Program-made: the position numbers and the translations under genes
Notes under the pieces: model-generated
Seen by the model: the letters and a program-made list of their open reading frames with translations, nothing else
Told to the model about the DNA's origin: nothing
The model's database searches: none
Source: Eledone cirrhosa
Taxonomy: Eukaryota
Assembly: GCA_964016885.1 (NCBI GenBank)
Contig: OZ024746.1
Span: forward strand, 102,486,001-102,550,000
Length of the DNA: 64,000 bases
Direction of reading: 5' to 3'
In this document: positions 13,215 to 27,328 of the stretch, piece by piece
Layout of the letters: every line of letters begins with the position of its first letter
Position numbering within the stretch: the first letter of the stretch is position 1

Positions 13215-13682
13215 ATCATTATCATCGTCTGTTCATCATTTTACGTCCGCTTTTCCCTGCTTGAAAGGGTGGGACAGGTCCTCTTGAGCAAAGCATCTCT
13301 TCACTTGTCACGGTCCTTCGTCATCTCCTTGGTGAGTTTCAGCGATCTGAAGTCGGCTCTCACCACCTCCACCCATGTTTTTCGTGGTCTTCCTCTACTG
13401 CGTCTCCCTTCTTTACCCAGCGCTCAACCTCCATGCGCATCACATGTCCATACCATCTCAGTCCTCTCTTGCACACCACAACTTATCCCTCTTAAACACA
13501 GTTTCTCTCTCAACTCGTTTATGCTTGGTCGTTCCCGCACATTGACATTGCACATCCAACGGAGCGTGCTTGCTTCCTTTCTCTCCAGCCATCGCATACC
13601 CTCTGCAGTTGCTGTCCATGTCTCACTACCATGCAGGGTCGCACATCTCGCATAGGCATCATGTAACCACACTTTCGTACGC
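13215..13682 (-). mobile_element. RTE 3' end of a second subfamily, with GAT-like tail; present in all units
   Basis: LHGSETWTATAEGMRWLERNEASTLRWMCNV; GRPRKTW-like region; CATCATTATCATC tail on +. Confidence 0.88.
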
Positions 13683-13757
13683 ATATATATATTTGTATAT
13701 ATGTATATATATATATATATATGTGTGTATGTATATATATATATGTATGTATATATT

Positions 13758-13905
13758 TGTCCTGGCTATGACATTAAACTACATCCAGTGGCAAGGCTCA
13801 AGTTCAGGAGGAACTGTGGGGAACGTGGAGTTACCCCCTTAGTTGTCATAACTCCCAGGTCTGCTCTGGCCTGGTGTAGTAGTACCTGTTGGGGCCCCAT
13901 TTATA
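13758..13905. repeat. Unclassified ~150-bp dispersed repeat (TGTCCTGGGTATGACATTAAACTACATCCAGTG...)
   Basis: Occurs at 10504, in each array unit, and as an independent diverged copy at 42828-42985. Confidence 0.8.
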
Positions 13906-16900
13906 GGTTAAATAATAAGATGACAGATCGGCGTACCCTATCAAAGGCCTTCTCTAGGTCAACAAAGGCTAAGTATAGTGGCTTATTTTTCTCTAAGAAC
14001 CTCTCTTGTAATTGTCTCATCAAGAAGAGGGCATCTGTTGTACTATTCCCAGGCACAAAACCAAACTGCATCTCATCTAGTTTGACCCTTTCTCTAATTA
14101 GTTGTGCTAATATCCTTTCTGCCACTTTCATAACCTGATCCATCAGTTTTATATCCCTATAATTTCTCCTCTCAAGAGCGTCCCCTTTACTTTTGCACTA
14201 GTCTTTGGGTATGACACTGCCATATATAGCCTGATTGATGATGTGTGCAACCAGTTTAGTGCCTACGTCCCCTGAGGCCTTCAGCATCTCAGCAACTATC
14301 TCCGATGGTCCAGCAGCCTCACCATTTTTCATTTCCTTAATCGCCTCTTGGACCCTATATTCGTTAATCTCAATAGCTGGTCCCTCTGTCTGATCTACTG
14401 AGGGTAATTTCACTCTAACGCTAGTGTTTTGTGTTTTGCAGGTATGACCAGTAAGAGCGAGGAAGTTATTTCAAAGGATTTTCGTAATTAAACACTTTTT
14501 TTACCATTATTTTAAGGTATTATCTCGGTTTTTTTTTTTTTTTTTTTTAAATGGACCTCTTGATAAGACGAAATGACCTGTATAATTTTTTTTCATATTT
14601 AGATGGAATAGAAGAAAAAGAAGAGAAATGAAAGCAATGAAATTAAGTTTTAGAGAAAATACACGCCAACGACAATGGAGGTATGATTTCAGTTTAATCT
14701 TAACCTAATGACCACTTTACAGAGTGTACTGGGTGTGTTTTACCTCGCTATGTTTACTGTAAACCCTAGATAACGAATGCCTTGTTGAGTGTTGTGAATT
14801 GTGAACGTGAGGTTGTGTTGTGGGGTTGCTTGGTGAGGTTGCATAAGAAGGGTGTTGTGAGTTTGCATGATGATGTAGCTTTGTGAGGCTTTGTTGTGAA
14901 TTGATAAATATTTGAAAACACACCTCTGTCCCTCAACAGTCAGTCAGTCATTTTCTACTAAAACTCATTGATGCGAGTCCCTAGCATTGTATCTGTAAGT
15001 ACATTATGACTATTTTCTCTTGGTGGACTTGACATTCAAAGATATTTGTATATATTTTGTTGATGTTGTTTGTTAGTTAGGAAATTGCTTAAAAGCTACT
15101 TTGATCACAGCACTTTGTAATGGCAACATATGTTTAAGATTCTTTTTTTCTTTTATTTTTGTTATTCAGATGACAGAGAAGGCAAAGAAAGGCACAGAAG
15201 AAAAGAACAATGACGATTATTATTATTATTATTATTACTATTATTATTTGTTTTATTATAATCAAAATATGCTGTTAGTTTGCCTGCTATCCCACTACGT
15301 GCCTGCTATCGCACTCGATCTTTTGTGTACGTTTTATATAATTTATGCCAGTTCCGTTTCTGCATATCGAACATGGCCATTTCCCTGACGGAATAGAGTT
15401 TTGTCCTCTTTTCTACTCATCAACACTCATTCGTGACACAAAGTACAGCGGCATCATTGCGGACAGACTTAATCCCGATTTGCACTGACACACTGCCTTG
15501 CAGTACGGAACAGCGCACGTCGTCGAGCAGCCTCCTTGCATGCTAAGTACACCTGACGTCTAGCTTCTCTCTTAGCGGCTGTATATTCTTCTCTACTCGC
15601 ACTAATTTTGCAAGCATTCCATGCTAGTCTTTAGTCTCCAATGGCCCGATCTACCGTGCTGTCCCACCACCATGTCACTCTCTGTCTGGTTGGAACTCTG
15701 ATCCAGCCACAAGTTTCATCAGTAACCTGCAGTAAGGTATCGCATAAGAAATTCCAGTTATCATCTATGTTGTACGACTCTAAATCGTCTTCTTTTTCAT
15801 CATACACATATTGAAGGGCTTTCCTAAATTTGTATTTTAGTGAGAGCTCTTTTAGCTTCCAGACCTTTCTTTTTTCCACACCTTCCTGTATGTCTCATTC
15901 AGTCTCTTGCTTAATGAGATATCACTAACGACTAACCTATGCTGTGGGGTACATTCTTCCCCGGGGTATGCCTTTGTATTTGACACCATCTGCCTGTCCC
16001 GCTGCCTAACTAGCAAGAAGTCAATCTGGCTTATGTGCTTGCCTGATTTGTAGGTTATTAGGTGGTTGGCAGATTTGTGTAAGTTAGTGTTGTAGATGGT
16101 TAATGCAATTGCATCGCAAAATTCAAGAAGTTTCACTGCTTCATTTCTTAAGCCGTAAGTGTGCCCAACATGTACCTCGGTGTAACCATCGTAGAGCTGT
16201 CCAACATGACCATTGAAATCCCCTGCTAGCATAACGATGTCTCCGTCCTGTCATTGTGGCTGTTTGTAAAAATTGCTTGTAAATGCAGAATTTCTTTTCT
16301 TTACCTAGCAGCAGTTTCTTGCTCTCAATTAACCCTAAAACTAGCCGTAACGCTAACAGTAACACTAACCGTAACACTAACTTATGCAGGCCTAGGTAAA
16401 GACGAGAAAGATAAAACAAGGAGTGATGCTATTTGAATTTTGTGATGCAAGTGTTTTAACCATTTGCAAAACCAACTTCCGCAAACCTGCCAACTGCCTA
16501 ATAACCTACAAATTAGGCAAGCACAGAAGCCGGATTTCTCGGTAGTTAGGCAGCGAGACAGACAGATGGTGTGAAGTACCAGGGTGTGCCCCGGGGAGGA
16601 CTGTTTCCCACAGCGTGGGTTGGTTGTTGGTGATGTCTCGGTGATCCTGAGACGGAGTGAGGAGGGTGTTTATAGGTAAATAGATAGACTGATGCACAGA
16701 TATCTGGATAGATTGATAGAGAGATAGATATATAGAGAGCATCATTATCATCGTCTGTTCATCATTTTACGTCCGCTTTTCCCTGCTTGAAAGGGTGGGA
16801 CAGGTCCTCTTGAGCAAAGCATCTCTTCACTTGTCACGGTCCTTCGTCATCTCCTTGGTGAGTTTCAGCGATCTGAAGTCGGCTCTCACCACCTCCACCC

Positions 16901-17223
16901 ATGTTTTTCGTGGTCTTCCTCTACTGCGTCTCCCTTCTTTACCCAGCGCTCAACCTCCATGCGCATCACATGTCCATACCATCTCAGTCCTCTCTTGCAC
17001 ACCACAACTTATCCCTCTTAAACACAGTTTCTCTCTCAACTCGTTTATGCTTGGTCGTTCCCGCACATTGACATTGCACATCCAACGGAGCGTGCTTGCT
17101 TCATTTCTCTCCAGCCATCGCATACCCTCTGCAGTTGCTGTCCATGTTTCACTACCATGCAGGGTCGCACATCTCGCATAGGCATCATGTAACCACACTT
17201 TCGTACGCATATATATATTTGTA

Positions 17224-17261
<38 letters not shown>

Positions 17262-20200
17262 TATATGTGTGTATGTATATATATGTATGTATATATTTGT
17301 CCTGGGTATGACATTAAACTACATCCAGTGGCAAGGCTCAAGTTCAGGAGGAACTGTGGGGAACATGGAGTTACCCCCTTAGTTGTCATAACTCCCAGGT
17401 CTGCTCTGGCCTGGTGTAGTAGTACCTGTTGGGGCCCCATTTATAGGTTAAATAATAAGATGACAGATCGGCGTACCCTATCAAAGGCCTTCTCTAGGTC
17501 AACAAAGGCTAAGTATAGTGGCTTATTTTTCTCTAAGAACCTCTCTTGTAATTGTCTCATCAAGAAGAGGGCATCTGTTGTACTATTCCCAGGCACAAAA
17601 CCAAACTGCATCTCATCTAGTTTGACCCTTTCTCTAATTAGTTGTGCTAATATCCTTTCTGCCACTTTCATAACCTGATCCATCAGTTTTATATCCCTAT
17701 AATTTCTCCTCTCAAGAGCGTCCCCTTTACTTTTGCACTAGTCTTTGGGTATGACACTGCCATATATAGCCTGATTGATGATGTGTGCAACCAGTTTAGT
17801 GCCTACGTCCCCTGAGGCCTTCAGCATCTCAGCAACTATCTCCGATGGTCCAGCAGCCTCACCATTTTTCATTTCCTTAATCGCCTCTTGGACCCTATAT
17901 TCGTTAATCTCAATTTTAAATGGACCTCTTGATAAGACGAAATGACCTGTATAATTTTTTTTTCATATTTAGATGGAATAGAAGAAAAAGAAGAGAAATG
18001 AAAGCAATGAAATTAAGTTTTAGAGAAAATATACGCCAACGACAATGGAGGTATGATTTCAGTTTAATCTTAACCTAATGACCACTTTACAGAGTGTACT
18101 GGGTGTGTCTTACCTCGCTATGTTTACTGTAAACCCTAGATAACGAATGCCTTGTTGAGTGTTGTGAATTGTGAACGTGAGGTTGTGTTGTGGGGTTGCT
18201 TGGTGAGTTTGCATTATGATGTAGCTTTGTGAGGCTTTGTTGTGAATTGATAAATATTTGAAAACACACCTCTGTCCCTCAACAGTCAGTCAGTCATTTT
18301 CTACTAAAACTCATTGATGCGAGTCCCTAGCATTGTATCTGTAAGTACATTATGACTATTTTCTCTTGGTGGACTTGACATTCAAAGATATTTGTATATA
18401 TTTTGTTGATGTTGTTTGTTAGTTAGGAAATTGCTTAAAAGCTACTTTGATCACAGCACTTTGTAAAGGCAACATATGTTTAAGATTCTTTTTTTCTTTT
18501 ATTTTTGTTATTCAGATGACAGAGAAGGCAAAGAAAGGCACAGAAGAAAAGAACAATGACGATTATTATTATTATTATTATTACTATTATTATTTGTTTT
18601 ATTATAATCAAAATATGCTGTTAGTTTGCCTGCTATCCCACTACGTGCCTGCTATCGCACTCGATCTTTTGTGTACGTTTTATATAATTTATGCCAGTTC
18701 CGTTTCTGCATATCGAACATGGCCATTTCCCTGACGGAATAGAGTTTTGTCCTCTTTTCTACTCATCAACACTCATTCGTGACACAAAGTACAGCGGCAT
18801 CATTGCGGACAGACTTAATCCCGATTTGCACTGACACACTGCCTTGCAGTACGGAACAGCGCACGTCGTCGAGCAGCCTCCTTGCATGCTAAGTACACCT
18901 GACGTCTAGCTTCTCTCTTAGCGGCTGTATATTCTTCTCTACTCGCACTAATTTTGCAAGCATTCCATGCTAGTCTTTAGTCTCCAATGGCCCGATCTAC
19001 CGTGCTGTCCCACCACCATGTCACTCTCTGTCTGGTTGGAACTCTGATCCAGCCACAAGTTTCATCAGTAACCTGCAGTAAGGTATCGCATAAGAAATTC
19101 CAGTTATCATCTATGTTGTACGACTCTAAATCGTCTTCTTTTTCATCATACACATATTGAAGGGCTTTCCTAAATTTGTATTTTAGTGAGAGCTCTTTTA
19201 GCTTCCAGACCTTTCTTTTTTCCACACCTTCCTGTATGTCTCATTCAGTCTCTTGCTTAATGAGATATCACTAACGACTAACCTATGCTGTGGGGTACAT
19301 TCTTCCCCGGGGTATGCCTTTGCATTTGACACCATCTGCCTGTCCCGCTGCCTAACTAGCAAGAAGTCAATCTGGCTTATGTGCTTGCCTGATTTGTAGG
19401 TTATTAGGTGGTTGGCAGATTTGTGTAAGTTAGTGTTGTAGATGGTTAGTGCAATTGCATCGCAAAATTCAAGAAGTTTCACTGCTTCATTTCTTAAGCC
19501 GTAAGTGTGCCCAACATGTACCTCGGTGTAACCATCGTAGAGCTGTCCAACATGACCATTGAAATCCCCTGCTAGCATAACGATGTCTCCGTCCTGTCAT
19601 TGTGGCTGTTTGTAAAAATTGCTTGTAAATGCAGAATTTCTTTTCTTTACCTAGCAGCAGTTTCTTGCTCTCAATTAACCCTAAAACTAGCCGTAACGCT
19701 AACAGTAACACTAACCGTAACACTAACTTATGCAGGCCTAGGTAAAGACGAGAAAGATAAAACAAGGAGTGATGCTATTTGAATTTTGTGATGCAAGTGT
19801 TTTAACCATTTGCAAAACCAACTTCCGCAAACCTGCCAACTGCCTAATAACCTACGAATTAGGCAAGCACAGAAGCCGGATTTCTCGGTAGTTAGGCAGC
19901 GAGACAGACAGATGGTGTGAAGTACCAGGGTGTGCCCCGGGGAGGACTGTTTCCCACAGCGTGGGTTGGTTGTTGGTGATGTCTCGGTGATCCTGAGACG
20001 GAGTGAGGAGGGTGTTTATAGGTAAATAGATAGACTGATGCACAGATATCTGGATAGATTGATAGAGAGATAGATATATAGAGAGCATCATTATCATCGT
20101 CTGTTCATCATTTTACGTCCGCTTTTCCCTGCTTGAAAGGGTGGGACAGGTCCTCTTGAGCAAAGCATCTCTTCACTTGTCACGGTCCTTCGTCATCTCC

Positions 20201-20569
20201 TTGGTGAGTTTCAGCGATCTGAAGTCGGCTCTCACCACCTCCACCCATGTTTTTCGTGGTCTTCCTCTACTGCGTCTCCCTTCTTTACCCAGCGCTCAAC
20301 CTCCATGCGCATCACATGTCCATACCATCTCAGTCCTCTCTTGCACACCACAACTTATCCCTCTTAAACACAGTTTCTCTCTCAACTCGTTTATGCTTGG
20401 TCGTTCCCGCACATTGACATTGCACATCCAACGGAGCGTGCTTGCTTCATTTCTCTCCAGCCATCGCATACCCTCTGCAGTTGCTGTCCATGTTTCACTA
20501 CCATGCAGGGTCGCACATCTCGCATAGGCATCATGTAACCACACTTTCGTACGCATATATATATTTGTA

Positions 20570-20610
<41 letters not shown>

Positions 20611-23600
20611 ATGTATATATATGTATGTATATATTTGTCCTGGGTATGACATTAAACTACATCCAGTGGCAAGGCTCAAGTTCAGGAGGAACTGTGGGGA
20701 ACATGGAGTTACCCCCTTAGTTGTCATAACTCCCAGGTCTGCTCTGGCCTGGTGTAGTAGTACCTGTTGGGGCCCCATTTATAGGTTAAATAATAAGATG
20801 ACAGATCGGCGTACCCTATCAAAGGCCTTCTCTAGGTCAACAAAGGCTAAGTATAGTGGCTTATTTTTCTCTAAGAACCTCTCTTGTAATTGTCTCATCA
20901 AGAAGAGGGCATCTGTTGTACTATTCCCAGGCACAAAACCAAACTGCATCTCATCTAGTTTGACCCTTTCTCTAATTAGTTGTGCTAATATCCTTTCTGC
21001 CACTTTCATAACCTGATCCATCAGTTTTATATCCCTATAATTTCTCCTCTCAAGAGCGTCCCCTTTACTTTTGCACTAGTCTTTGGGTATGACACTGCCA
21101 TATATAGCCTGATTGATGATGTGTGCAACCAGTTTAGTGCCTACGTCCCCTGAGGCCTTCAGCATCTCAGCAACTATCTCCGATGGTCCAGCAGCCTCAC
21201 CATTTTTCAATTCCTTAATCGCCTCTTGGACCCTATATTCGTTAATCTCAATTTTAAATGGACCTCTTGATAAGACGAAATGACCTGTATAATTTTTTTT
21301 TCATATTTAGATGGAATAGAAGAAAAAGAAGAGAAATGAAAGCAATGAAATTAAGTTTTAGAGAAAATATACGCCAACGACAATGGAGGTATGATTTCAG
21401 TTTAATCTTAACCTAATGACCACTTTACAGAGTGTACTGGGTGTGTCTTACCTCGCTATGTTTACTGTAAACCCTAGATAACGAATGCCTTGTTGAGTGT
21501 TGTGAATTGTGAACGTGAGGTTGTGTTGTGGGGTTGCTTGGTGAGGTTGCATAAGAAGGGTGTTGTGAGTTTGCATTATGATGTAGCTTTGTGAGGCTTT
21601 GTTGTGAATTGATAAATATTTGAAAACACACCTCTGTCCCTCAACAGTCAGTCAGTCATTTTCTACTAAAACTCATTGATGCGAGTCCCTAGCATTGTAT
21701 CTGTAAGTACATTATGACTATTTTCTCTTGGTGGACTTGACATTCAAAGATATTTGTATATATTTTGTTGATGTTGTTTGTTAGTTAGGAAATTGCTTAA
21801 AAGCTACTTTGATCACAGCACTTTGTAAAGGCAACATATGTTTAAGATTCTTTTTTTCTTTTATTTTTGTTATTCAGATGACAGAGAAGGCAAAGAAAGG
21901 CACAGAAGAAAAGAACAATGACGATTATTATTATTATTATTACTATTATTATTTGTTTTATTATAATCAAAATATGCTGTTAGTTTGCCTGCTATCCCAC
22001 TACGTGCCTGCTATCGCACTCGATCTTTTGTGTACGTTTTATATAATTTATGCCAGTTCCGTTTCTGCATATCGAACATGGCCATTTCCCTGACGGAATA
22101 GAGTTTTGTCCTCTTTTCTACTCATCAACACTCATTCGTGACACAAAGTACAGCGGCATCATTGCGGACAGACTTAATCCCGATTTGCACTGACACACTG
22201 CCTTGCAGTACGGAACAGCGCACGTCGTCGAGCAGCCTCCTTGCATGCTAAGTACACCTGACGTCTAGCTTCTCTCTTAGCGGCTGTATATTCTTCTCTA
22301 CTCGCACTAATTTTGCAAGCATTCCATGCTAGTCTTTAGTCTCCAATGGCCCGATCTACCGTGCTGTCCCACCACCATGTCACTCTCTGTCTGGTTGGAA
22401 CTCTGATCCAGCCACAAGTTTCATCAGTAACCTGCAGTAAGGTATCGCATAAGAAATTCCAGTTATCATCTATGTTGTACGACTCTAAATCGTCTTCTTT
22501 TTCATCATACACATATTGAAGGGCTTTCCTAAATTTGTATTTTAGTGAGAGCTCTTTTAGCTTCCAGACCTTTCTTTTTTCCACACCTTCCTGTATGTCT
22601 CATTCAGTCTCTTGCTTAATGAGATATCACTAACGACTAACCTATGCTGTGGGGTACATTCTTCCCCGGGGTATGCCTTTGCATTTGACACCATCTGCCT
22701 GTCCCGCTGCCTAACTAGCAAGAAGTCAATCTGGCTTATGTGCTTGCCTGATTTGTAGGTTATTAGGTGGTTGGCAGATTTGTGTAAGTTAGTGTTGTAG
22801 ATGGTTAGTGCAATTGCATTGCAAAATTCAAGAAGTTTCACTGCTTCATTTCTTAAGCCGTAAGTGTGCCCAACATGTACCTCAGTGTAACCATCGTAGA
22901 GCTGTCCAACATGACCATTGAAATCCCCTGCTAGCATAACGATGTCTCCGTCCTGTCATTGTGGCTGTTTGTAAAAATTGCTTGTAAATGCAGAATTTCT
23001 TGTCTTTACCTAGCAGCAGTTTCTTGCTCTCAATTAACCCTAAAACTAGTCGTAACGCTAACAGTAACACTAACCGTAACACTAACTTATGCAGGCCTAG
23101 GTAAAGACGAGAAAGATAAAACAAGGAGTGATGCTATTTGAATTTTGTGATGCAAGTGTTTTAACCATTTGCAAAACCAACTTCCGCAAACCTGCCAACT
23201 GCCTAATAACCTACAAATTAGGCAAGCACAGAAGCCGGATTTCTCGGTAGTTAGGCAGCGAGACAGACAGATGGTGTGAAGTACCAGGGTGTGCCCCGGG
23301 GAGGACTGTTTCCCACAGCGTGGGTTGGTTGTTGGTGATGTCTCGGTGATCCTGAGACGGAGTGAGGAGGGTGTTTATAGGTAAATAGATAGACTGATGC
23401 ACAGATATCTGGATAGATTGATAGAGAGATAGATATATAGAGAGCATCATTATCATCGTCTGTTCATCATTTTACGTCCGCTTTTCCCTGCTTGAAAGGG
23501 TGGGACAGGTCCTCTTGAGCAAAGCATCTCTTCACTTGTCACGGTCCTTCGTCATCTCCTTGGTGAGTTTCAGCGATCTGAAGTCGGCTCTCACCACCTC

Positions 23601-23928
23601 CACCCATGTTTTTCGTGGTCTTCCTCTACTGCGTCTCCCTTCTTTACCCAGCGCTCAACCTCCATGCGCATCACATGTCCATACCATCTCAGTCCTCTCT
23701 TGCACACCACAACTTATCCCTCTTAAACACAGTTTCTCTCTCAACTCGTTTATGCTTGGTCGTTCCCGCACATTGACATTGCACATCCAACGGAGCGTGC
23801 TTGCTTCATTTCTCTCCAGCCATCGCATACCCTCTGCAGTTGCTGTCCATGTTTCACTACCATGCAGGGTCGCACATCTCGCATAGGCATCATGTAACCA
23901 CACTTTCGTACGCATATATATATTTGTA

Positions 23929-23969
<41 letters not shown>

Positions 23970-26900
23970 ATGTATATATATGTATGTATATATTTGTCCT
24001 GGGTATGACATTAAACTACATCCAGTGGCAAGGCTCAAGTTCAGGAGGAACTGTGGGGAACATGGAGTTACCCCCTTAGTTGTCATAACTCCCAGGTCTG
24101 CTCTGGCCTGGTGTAGTAGTACCTGTTGGGGCCCCATTTATAGGTTAAATAATAAGATGACAGATCGGCGTACCCTATCAAAGGCCTTCTCTAGGTCAAC
24201 AAAGGCTAAGTATAGTGGCTTATTTTTCTCTAAGAACCTCTCTTGTAATTGTCTCATCAAGAAGAGGGCATCTGTTGTACTATTCCCAGGCACAAAACCA
24301 AACTGCATCTCATCTAGTTTGACCCTTTCTCTAATTAGTTGTGCTAATATCCTTTCTGCCACTTTCATAACCTGATCCATCAGTTTTATATCCCTATAAT
24401 TTCTCCTCTCAAGAGCGTCCCCTTTACTTTTGCACTAGTCTTTGGGTATGACACTGCCATATATAGCCTGATTGATGATGTGTGCAACCAGTTTAGTGCC
24501 TACGTCCCCTGAGGCCTTCAGCATCTCAGCAACTATCTCCGATGGTCCAGCAGCCTCACCATTTTTCAATTCCTTAATCGCCTCTTGGACCCTATATTCG
24601 TTAATCTCAATTTTAAATGGACCTCTTGATAAGACGAAATGACCTGTATAATTTTTTTTTCATATTTAGATGGAATAGAAGAAAAAGAAGAGAAATGAAA
24701 GCAATGAAATTAAGTTTTAGAGAAAATATACGCCAACGACAATGGAGGTATGATTTCAGTTTAATCTTAACCTAATGACCACTTTACAGAGTGTACTGGG
24801 TGTGTCTTACCTCGCTATGTTTACTGTAAACCCTAGATAACGAATGCCTTGTTGAGTGTTGTGAATTGTGAACGTGAGGTTGTGTTGTGGGGTTGCTTGG
24901 TGAGGTTGCATAAGAAGGGTGTTGTGAGTTTGCATTATGATGTAGCTTTGTGAGGCTTTGTTGTGAATTGATAAATATTTGAAAACACACCTCTGTCCCT
25001 CAACAGTCAGTCAGTCATTTTCTACTAAAACTCATTGATGCGAGTCCCTAGCATTGTATCTGTAAGTACATTATGACTATTTTCTCTTGGTGGACTTGAC
25101 ATTCAAAGATATTTGTATATATTTTGTTGATGTTGTTTGTTAGTTAGGAAATTGCTTAAAAGCTACTTTGATCACAGCACTTTGTAAAGGCAACATATGT
25201 TTAAGATTCTTTTTTTCTTTTATTTTTGTTATTCAGATGACAGAGAAGGCAAAGAAAGGCACAGAAGAAAAGAACAATGACGATTATTATTATTATTATT
25301 ACTATTATTATTTGTTTTATTATAATCAAAATATGCTGTTAGTTTGCCTGCTATCCCACTACGTGCCTGCTATCGCACTCGATCTTTTGTGTACGTTTTA
25401 TATAATTTATGCCAGTTCCGTTTCTGCATATCGAACATGGCCATTTCCCTGACGGAATAGAGTTTTGTCCTCTTTTCTACTCATCAACACTCATTCGTGA
25501 CACAAAGTACAGCGGCATCATTGCGGACAGACTTAATCCCGATTTGCACTGACACACTGCCTTGCAGTACGGAACAGCGCACGTCGTCGAGCAGCCTCCT
25601 TGCATGCTAAGTACACCTGACGTCTAGCTTCTCTCTTAGCGGCTGTATATTCTTCTCTACTCGCACTAATTTTGCAAGCATTCCATGCTAGTCTTTAGTC
25701 TCCAATGGCCCGATCTACCGTGCTGTCCCACCACCATGTCACTCTCTGTCTGGTTGGAACTCTGATCCAGCCACAAGTTTCATCAGTAACCTGCAGTAAG
25801 GTATCGCATAAGAAATTCCAGTTATCATCTATGTTGTACGACTCTAAATCGTCTTCTTTTTCATCATACACATATTGAAGGGCTTTCCTAAATTTGTATT
25901 TTAGTGAGAGCTCTTTTAGCTTCCAGACCTTTCTTTTTTCCACACCTTCCTGTATGTCTCATTCAGTCTCTTGCTTAATGAGATATCACTAACGACTAAC
26001 CTATGCTGTGGGGTACATTCTTCCCCGGGGTATGCCTTTGCATTTGACACCATCTGCCTGTCCCGCTGCCTAACTAGCAAGAAGTCAATCTGGCTTATGT
26101 GCTTGCCTGATTTGTAGGTTATTAGGTGGTTGGCAGATTTGTGTAAGTTAGTGTTGTAGATGGTTAGTGCAATTGCATTGCAAAATTCAAGAAGTTTCAC
26201 TGCTTCATTTCTTAAGCCGTAAGTGTGCCCAACATGTACCTCAGTGTAACCATCGTAGAGCTGTCCAACATGACCATTGAAATCCCCTGCTAGCATAACG
26301 ATGTCTCCGTCCTGTCATTGTGGCTGTTTGTAAAAATTGCTTGTAAATGCAGAATTTCTTGTCTTTACCTAGCAGCAGTTTCTTGCTCTCAATTAACCCT
26401 AAAACTAGTCGTAACGCTAACAGTAACACTAACCGTAACACTAACTTATGCAGGCCTAGGTAAAGACGAGAAAGATAAAACAAGGAGTGATGCTATTTGA
26501 ATTTTGTGATGCAAGTGTTTTAACCATTTGCAAAACCAACTTCCGCAAACCTGCCAACTGCCTAATAACCTACAAATTAGGCAAGCACAGAAGCCGGATT
26601 TCTCGGTAGTTAGGCAGCGAGACAGACAGATGGTGTGAAGTACCAGGGTGTGCCCCGGGGAGGACTGTTTCCCACAGCGTGGGTTGGTTGTTGGTGATGT
26701 CTCGGTGATCCTGAGACGGAGTGAGGAGGGTGTTTATAGGTAAATAGATAGACTGATGCACAGATATCTGGATAGATTGATAGAGAGATAGATATATAGA
26801 GAGCATCATTATCATCGTCTGTTCATCATTTTACGTCCGCTTTTCCCTGCTTGAAAGGGTGGGACAGGTCCTCTTGAGCAAAGCATCTCTTCACTTGTCA

Positions 26901-27287
26901 CGGTCCTTCGTCATCTCCTTGGTGAGTTTCAGCGATCTGAAGTCGGCTCTCACCACCTCCACCCATGTTTTTCGTGGTCTTCCTCTACTGCGTCTCCCTT
27001 CTTTACCCAGCGCTCAACCTCCATGCGCATCACATGTCCATACCATCTCAGTCCTCTCTTGCACACCACAACTTATCCCTCTTAAACACAGTTTCTCTCT
27101 CAACTCGTTTATGCTTGGTCGTTCCCGCACATTGACATTGCACATCCAACGGAGCGTGCTTGCTTCATTTCTCTCCAGCCATCGCATACCCTCTGCAGTT
27201 GCTGTCCATGTTTCACTACCATGCAGGGTCGCACATCTCGCATAGGCATCATGTAACCACACTTTCGTACGCATATATATATTTGTA

Positions 27288-27328
<41 letters not shown>

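Noticed and set aside
13269-13655. 128-aa + strand ORF conserved across units (also the 137-147-aa + ORFs)
   Set aside because: Antisense shadows of RTE coding sequence; the conservation only reflects recent duplication.
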